Assembly (NCBI RefSeq): GCF_964355755.1
Contig: NC_092677.1
Location: 9,942,101 to 10,006,100 of the forward strand
Length of the DNA stretch: 64,000 bases
Source: Antedon mediterranea
Taxonomy: Eukaryota; Animalia; Echinodermata
Direction: 5' to 3'
In this document: positions 11,501 through 24,900 of the stretch, in pieces
Layout: every line of letters starts with the position of its first letter
Numbering within the stretch: position 1 is the first letter of the stretch
Position numbers and translations under genes: made by a program
Notes under the pieces: generated by a model
What the model was told of the DNA's origin: nothing
Databases searched by the model: none
What the model saw: only the letters and a program-made list of their open reading frames with translations

Positions 11501-14500
11501 CACCATACACTACCATAAGCCACCACATGCCACAATACCTTACAACATACCACCACACTCTACTACACAACGCCTTTACCCTACCACACATTACGATATG
11601 CAACAACACTCCACCACCCTACCACAAGTCACCACCTGCTACTACAAATCAGCACCATACCACCAAACACTACCATATACCACAACACCCTACCACACGC
11701 CACCACAACTTACAGAAAATACTCCTTAACATTGATTCTCTGTAGTATTAATAATAATGGTCGAAAATAAAATTTACAGAACCTCATAAGTGACAATTAT
11801 AAATCACAATCCATTTTATGGATTGCCATATTTATTTGATGAATCCTGGTTTAGTATCTCAACAGTCAATAAATTGCTATATAATATTTTATGTATGGTT
11901 TTTATACTCCAAAACTCCATTTAAACTTACAACTTGGGCCTAGACTTGGGTCAGCAATAAGTGTAAATACTGTATAAAGTTAATTCCCTTCCCTTTAATT
12001 TCCCATTCCCTACAATTTGTGACGTTTTGTAAAAATAATGCATATATATTACTTTAAAAACATTAAACCAGGTCATTCCTAATAAAACGTACATTTAAGA
12101 CTGTCTTAAATGTACGTTTTATGGTAAATTATGATAATAAGAGAGAAACAATGCACTACCTCAATAGCTCGCTATGAATGTCCATTTCAGTATATCACCA
12201 GGCAGTTTAGAATTTATTCTGTGCCTGCGACGTTTATATAAATATGAATATATTCTCACAGATTTCCTCGTCTTTATTGTTTAAAATTAATTAATTAGGT
12301 TTCAGCAAATCACCGGGCGGTTTAAAATTAATGTTCTATGCCTGAAGTGTATATATAATTATATAATATAAAGTGCGGCTTTTACGTTTGAGCCCACGTA
12401 TCAGCGAACTATGTTTGGAAAGTGTAAAAATGTTCGTATTGTCCTCGAGAATCATAAAAAATAAAGAATTATTTTTAATAGCCAATGTTTTTTTTTTTTT
12501 TTTTTTATTTTATATATATTTGTCCTCAAGCTTAACTGGAAACTGAGGAAATTCGGATTAGGCCCTCCACGGACCCACGGCAGCCAGCAGTGCAGCGCCT
12601 ACCATATCAGCACACCGGGAGACGATCCCCTACTCTTTTCGAATAGTGTACCAAGTTCTTTAACGTGCACTGTTAAGTACACGGGACCAAAGGCTTTACA
12701 TCCCATCCGAAGGATGAGGCAATGAGAGTAAAGCATCTTGCCTAAGGATGCAATTAGTATGGTACAGATAACCTCGAACCCATGCCTATCACATGCGAGT
12801 CCGATATTACCATTACACCATCACTCTCCAGTATATACAGCACCCGCCGCGATTTCTGGACGGTCTCCCATCCAGAACGCAACCGGGCCCAACGTTGCTT
12901 AACTTCGGTGATCTAACGAGAACCGGTGTTTCAACGCAGTATGGCCGTTGCAGTTTTAATTAAGTTATCCAAATATATAGAAAAGAAAAAGGAAAAAAAA
13001 TGATTTAAAGACAAAATAAACAGTTATATTTAACCAAAAACACAAAAAGTCAATTTTATTTGCATTAAATTACTGTTTTTTCAGGTATATAGTTTTTTTT
13101 TTCAATCCAATTTTCGGTCAAAGTGAATAACTATTATGTGACATTAAAATGCATATTCAACAAAAAATGTAAAGAAATATTTGTTCATCTTTAAAGTAAA
13201 AATTATTCAGCGTTCATATATAGTTCATTAAGAAATCTAAAGTTCTGTTTATGTTGTTTGAAAAAATGTCTGGATTCAAATTTACAAACGTTTTATGAGA
13301 TGTTCTTTAATGAGAAATTCTTTAAAACCTCTCTTAAATTTGTTCGACTATACTTCCAGTCTTATTATATATCCGAATACCTTAAATGAAAAACTCTTTA
13401 GCACGAACCAATTATGCATTTATAAACATATGTATGTAGTAAATGTCAAATTACTGAAGGTTTTAAAATCTACCCGTATGCCATGTATCATTAATGCAGA
13501 ATGTAACATATGGTGAGGTCCGCCTTATGTTCTTTGTTGAGGAAACCACTATCTATTCACTAGTGGTATTGTAGCCTGGTGTATGTCTTTAATACCAACA
13601 GCTTTTGTTCGATCCTGTCTTAAGTCATCAATCAATCAATCAATTAAATAAACATCTTTCATATTCATATTTGAGTAAAACATTATAATTTCTGATATTT
13701 TATATATATATGTTTTTTTAGAGTTATAATACAGTAAATCATAATGTATGAAAAAGGGTGATTCAGTTATATAAAAAATGAAAGAGGCAAAAAAACCCAA
13801 GAAAGTATCGATCAATTGGAAACAAAAATCCAATTGAAAACTTGTATATTGGGAAGCCATGTAAGAATATTATCTATATTATAAGTGAGAGAGTTTGTCT
13901 GTCTGTCTGTTTGTTTGTTTGTTTGTTTGTTCGTTATACAAATTTTTGTTACTGCACGTAATCTTACATATGGGGTATCAAAATGACCGCTATTGTACCG
14001 GGAATGTTCTAAGCTATATTTCAACATCATCCGCCACCTAGGATCCAAGTTAGGGACCAAAATGTGGTCAAAACCCCCACTTTCGATGTTTGTTCGTTAT
14101 ACAAATTTCTGTTTCTGCACGTAACCATACGTATGGGGTATCAAAATGATGGCAATTGTACCCGGAAGGTTTTAAACTACATTTTAAAAAATTCCCCCGA
14201 CTCCTGGGGTTTTTGTGGGAGGGGTGGGGGTGGGGGGTGGTGTGGTGGTTTGTGATGTCATTTTTTGCTAGGGCTCGGGGTTGTAGGCTATCGAATTGTA
14301 AAATTATACTACAAAAGTTTTACAGTATTTTAATTATCCTCAGCAAGGTGTTTGGGGAAATATAGATATAGATATACATATTTTATTCATTAACCAATAT
14401 GACACCTAAGTAGTTCTTTGATAGTAAACCAATAAAACTTACGTTGGCAAGACAGTTTCGTCTAGCTGTCAGCTTGACTTCTTCAGTTGCTATGATGCGT

Positions 14501-17500
14501 TATGGCGCCGATTGGTCTCCTTTCCAGCCACTAGATGATTTTGTTGTGTAGCCTAGGGGACCAGTCGTCGTCAGAAGCTGATCGTAAATGTGAGATAGTT
14601 GGTGCGCGCCTTCGTCTCTATTCATCTTTGTATTTTTATTTTGCTTTCTTATGCTGATGCTTTCTTTAATTTTACGTTTAAGCCAAACTTGTTCTTTGTG
14701 TAGTACCTCTATCTTATCCCAGTTAGGTATGTGGTTGTGTGTGGTCATATGGTCCGTGATTGCTGATTTATGTAAAATGGAGGACGAAACTTTCCGTGAT
14801 GCACGCGTCTGCATGTTCTGTGTGTTTTCCTCAACATCTTTCTTGTGCTCTTTAATTCTGGTTTTGAGTGCCCTACCCGTTTCCCCAATGTACACCATCT
14901 CACAGTTGGTGCACCCCACTTTGTAGACGACACCACAGGAATCCTCTTTGCATGCTTTATCTTTCGGTCGGACGATTAAGTTTTTAATTTTGTTAGATGG
15001 TTTAAAGTATGTTCGTATGTTATATTTTTTAAATGTTCTCTTGATTTTCTCTGACAGGCCTTGAATATATGGGATGGATATCGACCCTCTTATATCTTCT
15101 GTTTCGGGTTGTTTGTCCGTTTTTTGTTTATCTAGGTTACGTTGTACCTTTCTAATCGTCCATGTAGGGTAGTTGCATTGTTTAAGTGAAGTATGTATCA
15201 TCTCAGTTTCGTTCTGTTTGTCTGGATTATTTGTGATTATCGTGTTACATCTGTGTAGAAGTGTGCGGATAACGGATAACTTGTGTTGTAGAGGATGATG
15301 TGAGTTAAAGTCCAAGTATTGATTTGTGTGGGTGGCTTTCCTAAAAACTTTAGTGTTGATGTTGACATTAATTTCACTTGCGAAGAAATGTCCTTAACAG
15401 ACAACTCTATCCCATTCTTGGATACGCTAATTTTAGTTGATGGGGAAGGCAACATCAACACTAAAGTTTTTAGGAAAGCCACCCACACAAATCAATACTT
15501 GGACTTTAACTCACATCATCCTCTACAACACAAGTTATCCGTTATCCGCACACTTCTACACAGATGTAACACGATAATCACAAATAATCCAGACAAACAG
15601 AACGAAACTGAGATGATACATACTTCACTTAAACAATGCAACTACCCTACATGGACGATTAGAAAGGTACAACGTAACCTAGATAAACAAAAAACGGACA
15701 AACAACCCGAAACAGAAGATATAAGAGGGTCGATATCCATCCCATATATTCAAGGCCTGTCAGAGAAAATCAAGAGAACATTTAAAAAATATAACATACG
15801 AACATACTTTAAACCATCTAACAAAATTAAAAACTTAATCGTCCGACCGAAAGATAAAGCATGCAAAGAGGATTCCTGTGGTGTCGTCTACAAAGTGGGG
15901 TGCACCAACTGTGAGATGGTGTACATTGGGGAAACGGGTAGGGCACTCAAAACCAGAATTAAAGAGCACAAGAAAGATGTTGAGGAAAACACACAGAACA
16001 TGCAGACGCGTGCATCACGGAAAGTTTCGTCCTCCATTTTACATAAATCAGCAATCACGGACCATATGACCACACACAACCACATACCTAACTGGGATAA
16101 GATAGAGGTACTACACAAAGAACAAGTTTGGCTTAAACGTAAAATTAAAGAAAGCATCAGCATAAGAAAGCAAAATAAAAATACAAAGATGAATAGAGAC
16201 GAAGGCGCGCACCAACTATCTCACATTTACGATCAGCTTCTGACGACGACTGGTCCCCTAGGCTACACAACAAAATCATCTAGTGGCTGGAAAGGAGACC
16301 AATCGGCGCCATAACGCATCATAGCAACTGAAGAAGTCAAGCTGACAGCTAGACGAAACTGTCTTGCCAACGTAAGTTTTATTGGTTTACTATCAAAGAA
16401 CTACTTATATTATTATACGAATCGAAACCAGAAGAAATGTTTTCATAATATGACACCTATTCAATTACACATTTAGCAAAGTACTTTAACCATATCCAGC
16501 TATGTATCGGTCTCTTGGATTGTCTCATTACAGATATCCATGTGTGAACATACACATGTTGTTTACTGTTACTGTCTTCAACTACATCACCAATCCTCCA
16601 AGGGAAAAACGTCAATTGTGGGAGAGTGGGATTGGGAGATAGGGTTTGGGAGTTTGGGTTCAGGGGATAGTGGGGATTTCGCTTACACCAGAATTGCGGT
16701 TGGAAAATGTATTTAATAATCCCTGGGAAGCGGATGTGAGTTTGGGGTGGGGATGTAGGCCTATCACCATGACCGAAACTGTATTTGGAATGTTTTAAAC
16801 TACATTTGGAAACTGCCACTGAGGGATTATGGGTTGGGAGTGATAACATAATTTGTACTGGAACCGGCTTCAACACATCACCCAGTGTATCTGGGGTGTG
16901 TTTGTAGGGGGAGGAGGAGCGAAAATACTAGCGTAATGAAGTAGCCTATATGATTGTATTGTACTAGGAAAAGTTACTAAATTTGAACTGTCCAGGGGAG
17001 GAGTTAAGGTTTGTTGATGGTGGCTGGGGTGGTGAAAGGAGAAAGAAGGCTGGGGGACCGCAGTATCTAAATTACATATTTTAATTATCAGACAATATGA
17101 CACCTATTCATTTACACAATTTACAACGTACTTCAACCATTATTAGACCCATCGTAGCTATGCATACTCCTCTCAATTCGAAGCTTAGGTTGAATTGAAT
17201 TTGTCCATCACTGGGAAGAATTCGTTTTTAAGAAAGAGTCTGGGGTATTATTGAAGAGGGGTGGAGGTTGGTGAGTATAGACAGATACTGGCGTCGGGTG
17301 TTATGTACTGAGAAGACTGTAAACTAATTTTGACACCCGCCCTGGGGCGGGTATAATTGCTAGTATACTTATATATATAAATGTAAACATAACTGCACAT
17401 ACACATATACATCACAGACAAACACACACACACACACACACACCAACAGTAAAGGAAGAAATTTCGTAAAAGTTTCTAAAGTTAAAAAAATATTACAAAA

Positions 17501-20500
17501 TAGAGAAAACAATTAGTTATAATTTAAAATAAGATATTTATTTTTTTGGATCTATTTTAAATTTAGGTTATAAGAAATACAAATTGTTAAACATGTGATT
17601 AATAGTGTAAAGCTCTGTCTACACTATCAAACTAGTTTGACAAAAAAAGTGTGATGTACCCTGGTGGTGATATGACCAAATATGGTAGCAATATGACATC
17701 ATCTTGTCCATATATGGGCACATCATTTCATCATTTTTGTCACATAAAGTTTGATAGTGTAGACAGAGCTTAACTCATATTGAAAGATTTAAACCAATAT
17801 AATTTATAAGGCAAGAAATAAAGTAATCTCAATTGAGAAAAAATGAAATTCAATTTAAATATAATTTATCCTCACTTAAAAATCCATTTAATTTAATATT
17901 TATAACCATAAAATTAATAAACTATGAAGACCCTGTATACAAATTTTTATTTAAAATGTAATTATAAATTCTATTGTTTATAAAAATTTGAATCAAACAT
18001 ATGGTAGCCATGCGGTAAACAATTAAAGTTTTTGATAACCAATAATACTGCTGTTTCTTATGTCATTTGCATTTGAAACAGGGTAGGTGTGTATCTAGTA
18101 TTGTATGTAAATATGCCTTGATGAAATGTGTCTTTAGGACATAATGGTACTCTGAGGCTAGGAGGTATTGGGTGTGGTATATCATGTTCTATGAATTGGT
18201 TTAGCTTAGGAACCCAAAATGGCCCTCCAACGTTGAAGGCCTCAGGTTTTTTAAGCCTTTTGGACATTTTTTTAATGCTTGTTTTTTCCTATGGGCACTG
18301 CTCAGGGGAACCCGTAAGCCAGTGAGTGCTTATAGCTGTAAATAAGTGTGGTGGTTGGTGATGTTTATTTCTATACATGTGTCTGTTTTTAAACTGCTTT
18401 GCAAGTTGTATACTGTGCACTATGGGAGAACAGCCTCATACTAAAGAGGTCACCAAGTATAAAGAAAAATTTAATTAAACACTTAGATGAATTGGCCACT
18501 ACATTACCTGAAACTGTAAGCATATCAATAAATGTGGGTGGCTGGCAGATAGTTGAGTTGAAGATCAGCCCTGCTGAAGGGTTGTAAACGGACTTGACCA
18601 CAGCCAGACAATTGTCATTACTGGATTGATCACTGGTAAAATGAGCTGCAAGAAAACTGCAAAGGTCAAATCTATTCACCATAGAATAACTATACAATAC
18701 ATTTAAAGTGTGTGTATATAACAGAAATTTTATTTAATAATCTATAATTATCTATTAAATTTATTAATTATTTACAGCTGATTCTCGGTAACTGTATCTA
18801 GATTTCTTCAGTATTATATTGAAATTGATGATGTATTGTTTGAAGGTTTTCATGGCAAAATAAATGTTGATATAAAGTTTGTGGTCCACCACGTATATTT
18901 AGTTCTGAAAAGAACTGTTGAGTTTCTTGACATTTCAATCAATATACTTTGATCATCCTCAATTTGGACTGCAGGAACAATGACAATAAATACCTGTAAC
19001 CTCATCCAAATTGCCATCCTGGTTAAAGTCCACATAGACGGCTCCTTGATGCGGTAGTTTCAGAGATGTCAGCGGCCATCTTGTAACAAGGTTCATAACC
19101 CCAATACCCTAGCAACAAAAACAAAAGGTAAGAAGGACATAACAAATCATATGAAGAATATAATAGATTGAAGAGACTAAGTGGTTTACAGCGGAATAAT
19201 TGTTTTTTTATGGTGTTAGTAATAAGCACAGCGCCTTAAAAAAGCATGCCTTTTCAAAAAGTGAAAAAGGTTGGTTGCACTGCAGAATATCTATAATTCC
19301 AACATTGTCTACATTTTTAATAAAAATAACAAACAAGCCTGTAGAAGTTTCTCATGTTTTCAATCAAAATTAAAACTACACAGAAAGAACTAATAAAACT
19401 ATATAAGTTAGTTCTGCATTTTATACGATACCTCATTAGATTGCGTAACTATCACATTTGGATTCTTGACATGCTCTGATGGACTGTGAGGGCGCATGCC
19501 ACCAAATGCATATCCGGACAAATGAAGATCATCAAGACCAAACACTATACAAAAGACAGATAGCTAATTATTGATCCATTAATTATCTCTACATCAGATA
19601 TGTTCGTTAGTTATATTCTTTTGTCTGTATTAATTCTGTTTTATATTTATTGAGAGAGAAAGCTAATAAACGCTGTAATTTCCAAATTTATGGATGAATA
19701 AAGCGATGTCTATGTTTATGTCTATTTAAGCCATAAATATTTGTAGCACACGGTGAGCACTATCTGGACATCCATTTTTGGGACACTTAATTGACCCACA
19801 ATCCTTATTAGTAGTCAAGTAATAATAATCATATACACAACTGGTCTACATCTTGTACTATACAACGTGTCTCTACACTATGTTGCAGAAGTTTCGTATG
19901 ATGGCCTTATCACATCAGGTAAACATGAGAACACAGTGTCAATTCACTCACAGGATGGTAGGGTAGACTTGGCATCATTATCACTGTAATCACCACCGTC
20001 ATTTCTGAATCTATCAAGTTGAATAGAAGAGTCACTTCCAAATTTCCAACGATGAGGCTACAAAATAAAAATCAAGTTGTATATAAAGTGCATAAAAGAA
20101 TAATTATATACAGTACAACCAACTTGTTATGCATTTGTGTAAGAATTTAATATGCTTTTTACATCTGCAAAAGTAAGTAGTAACCATGTTTGCGTAGTGG
20201 GAATAAAAACGCACCAGCGAGAAAGCTGTTTTTTTGTTGTTCCTAGATCTTCCAAGTTGTAACCAACTATCCTAATTACAGTACATACGCAAATAATATT
20301 AATAATCAATTAATAGCGCCCCCAACAATAACAATATTTTGCGAGTTTTGCTATGTTTGTATGAAAACGTGAAACGGATCAAAAAAATCAAAATATGTTA
20401 AAAATTGTAACAATTTACACACTGTGAAAAGGATAGTTAAACTAAATTCAAAATTATTGATAAGTTCAAATTATTTTACCCCTCTCTGCTTTTTTAATGG

Positions 20501-21878
20501 CCAATGCAATAGATGCTTTTTAACTTACCAAGTTTTTAAATATTGATTGTGAATACATAGTCCAAGACTGTTCTTTTAAATGTGTTGAAACTTTTCTTAA
20601 ACCAAGCTTAAAATGATGGGCCTTGAAAATATCCTGCAAGATAATAATATTATTCTCTGTACAGTATTTTTAATTATGTGATTTCTTGACCAGCATCATA
20701 GGCAAATTGTGTAATACAGTGTCACATATGTATCACATGTTGCACCTGGATTATGTTAATTAAGTTAGGGTAATAGCTACAAGTGCCACATGTGATAGAA
20801 AGAATAAAGAATGTGTCTATCCAGTAGCGAAAATCAGCTAGCTACTGATAGTAGTGGTGGTGTTGTAGAGTGTTGTGGTGGTATTGTTGAGTATGGTGAT
20901 GGTGGTGGTGGTTTTGCTGAGTGTTGTTGAGTGTGGTGGTGTTGTTGAGTTTTATGGTGGTGGTATTGTTGAGTGTTATTGTAGTGTTGTTGAGTGTTGT
21001 GGTAGTGTTGTTGAGTGTTGTGGTGTTGTTGTTGAGTGTTGTGGTGTTGTTGTTGATTGTGGTGTTGTTGTTGATTCTGGTGGTGTTGTTGATGGTGTTG
21101 GTGTCGAGTGTTGTGGTGTTGTTGTTGATTGTGGTGTTGTTGTTGATTGTGGTGGTGTTGTTGAGTGTTGTGGTAGTGTTGTTGAGTGTTGTGGTGTTGT
21201 TGTTGATTGTGGTGTTGTTGTTGATTGTGGTGGTGTTGTTGAGTGTTGTGGTAGTGTTGTTGAGTGTTGTGGTGTTGTTGTTGATTGTGGTGTTGTTGTT
21301 GATTGTGGTGGTGTTGTTGATGGTGTTGGTGTCGAGTGTTGTGGTGTTTAGTAAACATGTTTTAGAACAAACCGTTTCTTCTGGCAAAGACTCAAAGTCA
21401 CCAGGACGATGATGCAATTTCTCCTTGCCGTCTTTTCCAGCAAGATAAAATGTGGTGAAATGATCAAGATTTTCAACTACCAAATCACTCTGAAAAATAA
21501 AAACATAATTCTTGTAAATTTATTTTGATATAAATATGTTTTAAATAATCAATGCAGTAAAGAAATTGTTTTCATATTTGATATAAGTTATTAAAATTTA
21601 ATATATTGTAAAAATGAAATAAATCTCACCATTCGATCTTCTGGTGTCTTGTCAAAATCTAGATCTGGTTTAGTTACCTTAGTTTGAGAATTTCTAAAAA
21701 ATAGTTTATATTTAGAATAAGAGGGTGAGGAGGAGGTAGGGTAAAGAGGGAGGGGAAGAGGTAGGGTAAAGAGGAAGGGAGTGGCCGAGCGGTTAAGACA
21801 GTGGAACCGTAATTAAGTAGCCATAACATCGGCAAGGGTTCGAGGCTCACTCGCTCCATGGTTCTGGTGGTAGAACGA

Positions 21879-21912
<34 letters not shown>

Positions 21913-24900
21913 AGTGTACACATAGCTCATGCGCACTTTAAAGAACCTAGTACATCTTTCGAGACGAGTAGGGGGGTTACCCCGGTGTACTAGTTCACAC
22001 AAACACAGCCACTGTCACACACAGCCACTGTGCAAATTGGGACTGGACCGTTTTAGAGGTGTTTACCACCTGTTGGTCCAGATCCTTCACTAACTGAGTT
22101 AGTGAGAAGTCAAATAAATAAAAGGAGATATTGTGGTTTCAATGTTTATATTTATTCAGAATTTGTTTCTATTCACTATGTAATTCAATAGTACCTAAAG
22201 CTCTGTCTACACTATCAAATGAATCAAATGACAACAAATGTGATACGCCCATATATGGACATGACTTCATATCACTACCATATTTGGGCACATCACACTT
22301 TTTTAGATAGTGTAGACAGAGCTTTAGATGGACAAAAATAATGTATTGATTTATTAAACTTCTTTTGATTGACGTATCCATTTGTCAGAATAAATAGGTT
22401 TATCGTATTGTCTTTATTATATGCCTTATCTAAATAGAAGAATACTAACCTTGGGTTGTGGTGAACATGACCTTTGTCACCAAGACTGTAACCAACGACT
22501 ACTAAACCACCATCACCTGGGTTCAACTCATGTGATGATACTAAAATTGCAGCTTCTCTATTGAAACAAATAAAATAATTTTGCTTTTCGTTTCCAAATT
22601 TTATTTTCCATAAACAAAAAAATCCACACTATGCTCAGGGATTGTGCTCAAGATTAAGTAAAAAGAAAATGTCACATTTCAAAACACTAAAATATTTCGT
22701 TTTCATTTGTTACAATGGAATTCAAGTATATTTTTTTACTCAAAATATTTGATCAGACAATATTACCATTATTTGCAACTAAAAATCATGCTATCACAAG
22801 CTTACAGGATTTACTACAATCAATGTCTTTATCCAGTGTAAAAATCATCACTCAATTCTCAGTACAATATCTCTACATACACTCAGTATCATAGCCAAAT
22901 TCTGATGTGATACAGCACTTTTATGCTCTTACCATGAAAGGTTAGATTGCTGAGAATCGCCGAACTATAAATATAAATAAATAATATAAATCTTTATATT
23001 TTTTTGGGGCTCCTTCAACAAAATGAGACATAAACAACTTAAATATGTTGACGTTTCTAATACTTACTTTACATAGTACTTTGAATAATCAAGGAATGTA
23101 TTGAGCTGTACCTTCCAGAGTAGCCTCAGCTTACTATCAAAACACAGTACAGTTGTGTCTGCGAGAACAACCACTACCACCTGAAAAATAAAAACAATAA
23201 CAAATTCCTTGAATACTGAAATTAATTAGAGATATTGGACCAAGGTATAATTGACCTTAAGGCTTGGTTCCTACTATGGGCCTGTTTCTGCTGCATAAAA
23301 ATAACCGGTTAAAATCGGTGTGAATAAATTAACTCAAATTTGTCGTAACCGGTTAAAAGGCAGTGCAGAATAACTGGTTAAAAACATCCATTCAATTCGG
23401 TGTTAGAACGCCATTTAAACGGTTATCGTTGGCCAACTTTTAGCTGCAACACAAAATAACGGTTATTTGATTGACAGCTGCTGACCCTGAGTCAACTACA
23501 CAGCAGTAACGTTTGATTAACCGCCAGGACCAGTTGCATTTTGGGTAATTCTACTGATTTTTGTCAACAATCACCCATTGATTTAACCGGTTATTTCGGA
23601 GCACAAATTGATCAGAACCTTAAAATTTAAATTGGTTTTAAAATGTGGTTACCACGACCAGTTTAAAGGAGTTTGAGAGGTGAAACAGTGCATTCCAAAA
23701 ATAAAACAAATAACCAAATCCCCATCATATATTTCCAATTTAATTATATGTAGATCTTCAGTTTGCAAAAGATCTCTTTGGTCGACCACTAATCCATCTG
23801 CACTTTTTGTTCCGCCCAGCCGCCTTAAGACCTATGGTGATCAAGCTTTTGCAGTTGCAGCTCCTAAACTGAGGAACAATCTTCCTGATCCTAAAAATGC
23901 ATCCTCTATCATAGTTAGTCACCCCATCTTTTTCGTTGTAATTTCTTTCTGTTTTCTCTCTCAGCGCTTTGGGACAATCTTTTGATTGTATAAGCGCTAT
24001 ATAAATCGAACAACATAACATAACCTAACCAGGTTTTTGGTATGCAAATAATAACAAAAAACTGAAGAAACAATGATATCAATATTGGAAACATATTATT
24101 CAATATCTACAAAATAAATACATACTTGCTTTCGGACTTGAACCATAGACTTGTATGGTTCAAGGAAGCCGACCTCTATCAATACCGGTTGTTTGTAATC
24201 TTGGTTTTTATCCTCTCTATTTAAAAGCGATACAGAGCTTTGTTCATGAATAAAAGGCAACACCTTTGAAGATGAGTTATCAATATCAGGCAGTTTGAGA
24301 ATTTGTAACCTTGGTATGTCTGTACGAGTAGCAACTATAATTTCTAGAGATAAATAAAAATTAAAAATTAAATCCTGATAAATACTATAACTGCATGTAC
24401 CAATAGACGATTTTAGATGCTTATACACAGTGGTGTTGTTTTCGGTGGAATTTAAGCTGTGAACTAATTGTTTAACTTTTTTCTATCATACAGTGATGTT
24501 GTCCAATCTTTTAAGAACATTTTAGTTTTACAGTAATTATTTTCTCACATTTATGATTTTATAATTTAATATCAAGGTGTCCTGAGGCTGAAATCCAATG
24601 AAATTTTTTTTGTTTTTGTTTATGCCTGGCTGGTCACGACTGTTTGTCGTCTCTACAAGATGGCTTCCGTAGCACAAAAATTGTCTATTGATCTAGAATC
24701 TGAATTGGTACAGCACTGATCAGTGGTGGATCCAGGAATTTGAAATAGGACCCAACAATTGTAAAGAGGTGCTGAATTTAATCTTATGTCCTATTTTGCA
24801 TTGCAATTTCCAAAATTGTGGGCGCTCCACCACCTTTCTCCTAAAACTAAGTAAGCAATACAGCAACACAACTTACCGTTTTTTCCGTCACTTTCTATGT

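Larger units (their letters stand above)
14407..16446 (+). mobile_element. Penelope-like element, 5'-truncated, with inverted duplicate (arms 14407-15364 and 15450-16407) and a 39-bp 3' tail
   Basis: ORF carries the RT C-terminus (INFTCEE...IPFLD...VFRKATHTNQYLDFNSHHP) and a GIY-YIG endonuclease (GVVYKVGCTNCEMVYIGETGRALKTRIKEH...ESISI...MNRDEG). TSD AATATGACACC(TA) at 14396 and 16447. Confidence 0.93.
13873..17363 (+). mobile_element. Non-autonomous Helitron (contains the nested Penelope insertion)
   Basis: A|TC 5' end followed by (GTCT)n(GTTT)n; 3' hairpin ACCCGCCC-TG-GGGCGGGT (17335-17352) and CTAG|T at 17360-17364; no TSD. Confidence 0.8.

Noticed and set aside
9789-11745. His/Thr/Pro-rich ORFs
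   Set aside because: Products of the CA-rich minisatellite, with frequent stops and no splice context.
12835-12953. Functional 5S rRNA gene
   Set aside because: Diverged, lacks an oligo-T terminator and runs on into tRNA-like and Deu-like SINE body; single copy here.
14500-16314. Two divergent host genes or an LTR retrotransposon
   Set aside because: The two ORFs are mirror copies of one start-less Penelope RT/GIY-YIG fragment; no gag, integrase or TG...CA LTRs.
20834-21358. Mucin-like or His/Gln-rich ORFs
   Set aside because: Low-complexity intronic repeat. The real exon ends at 21373 with a GT donor and continues in phase at 20633.
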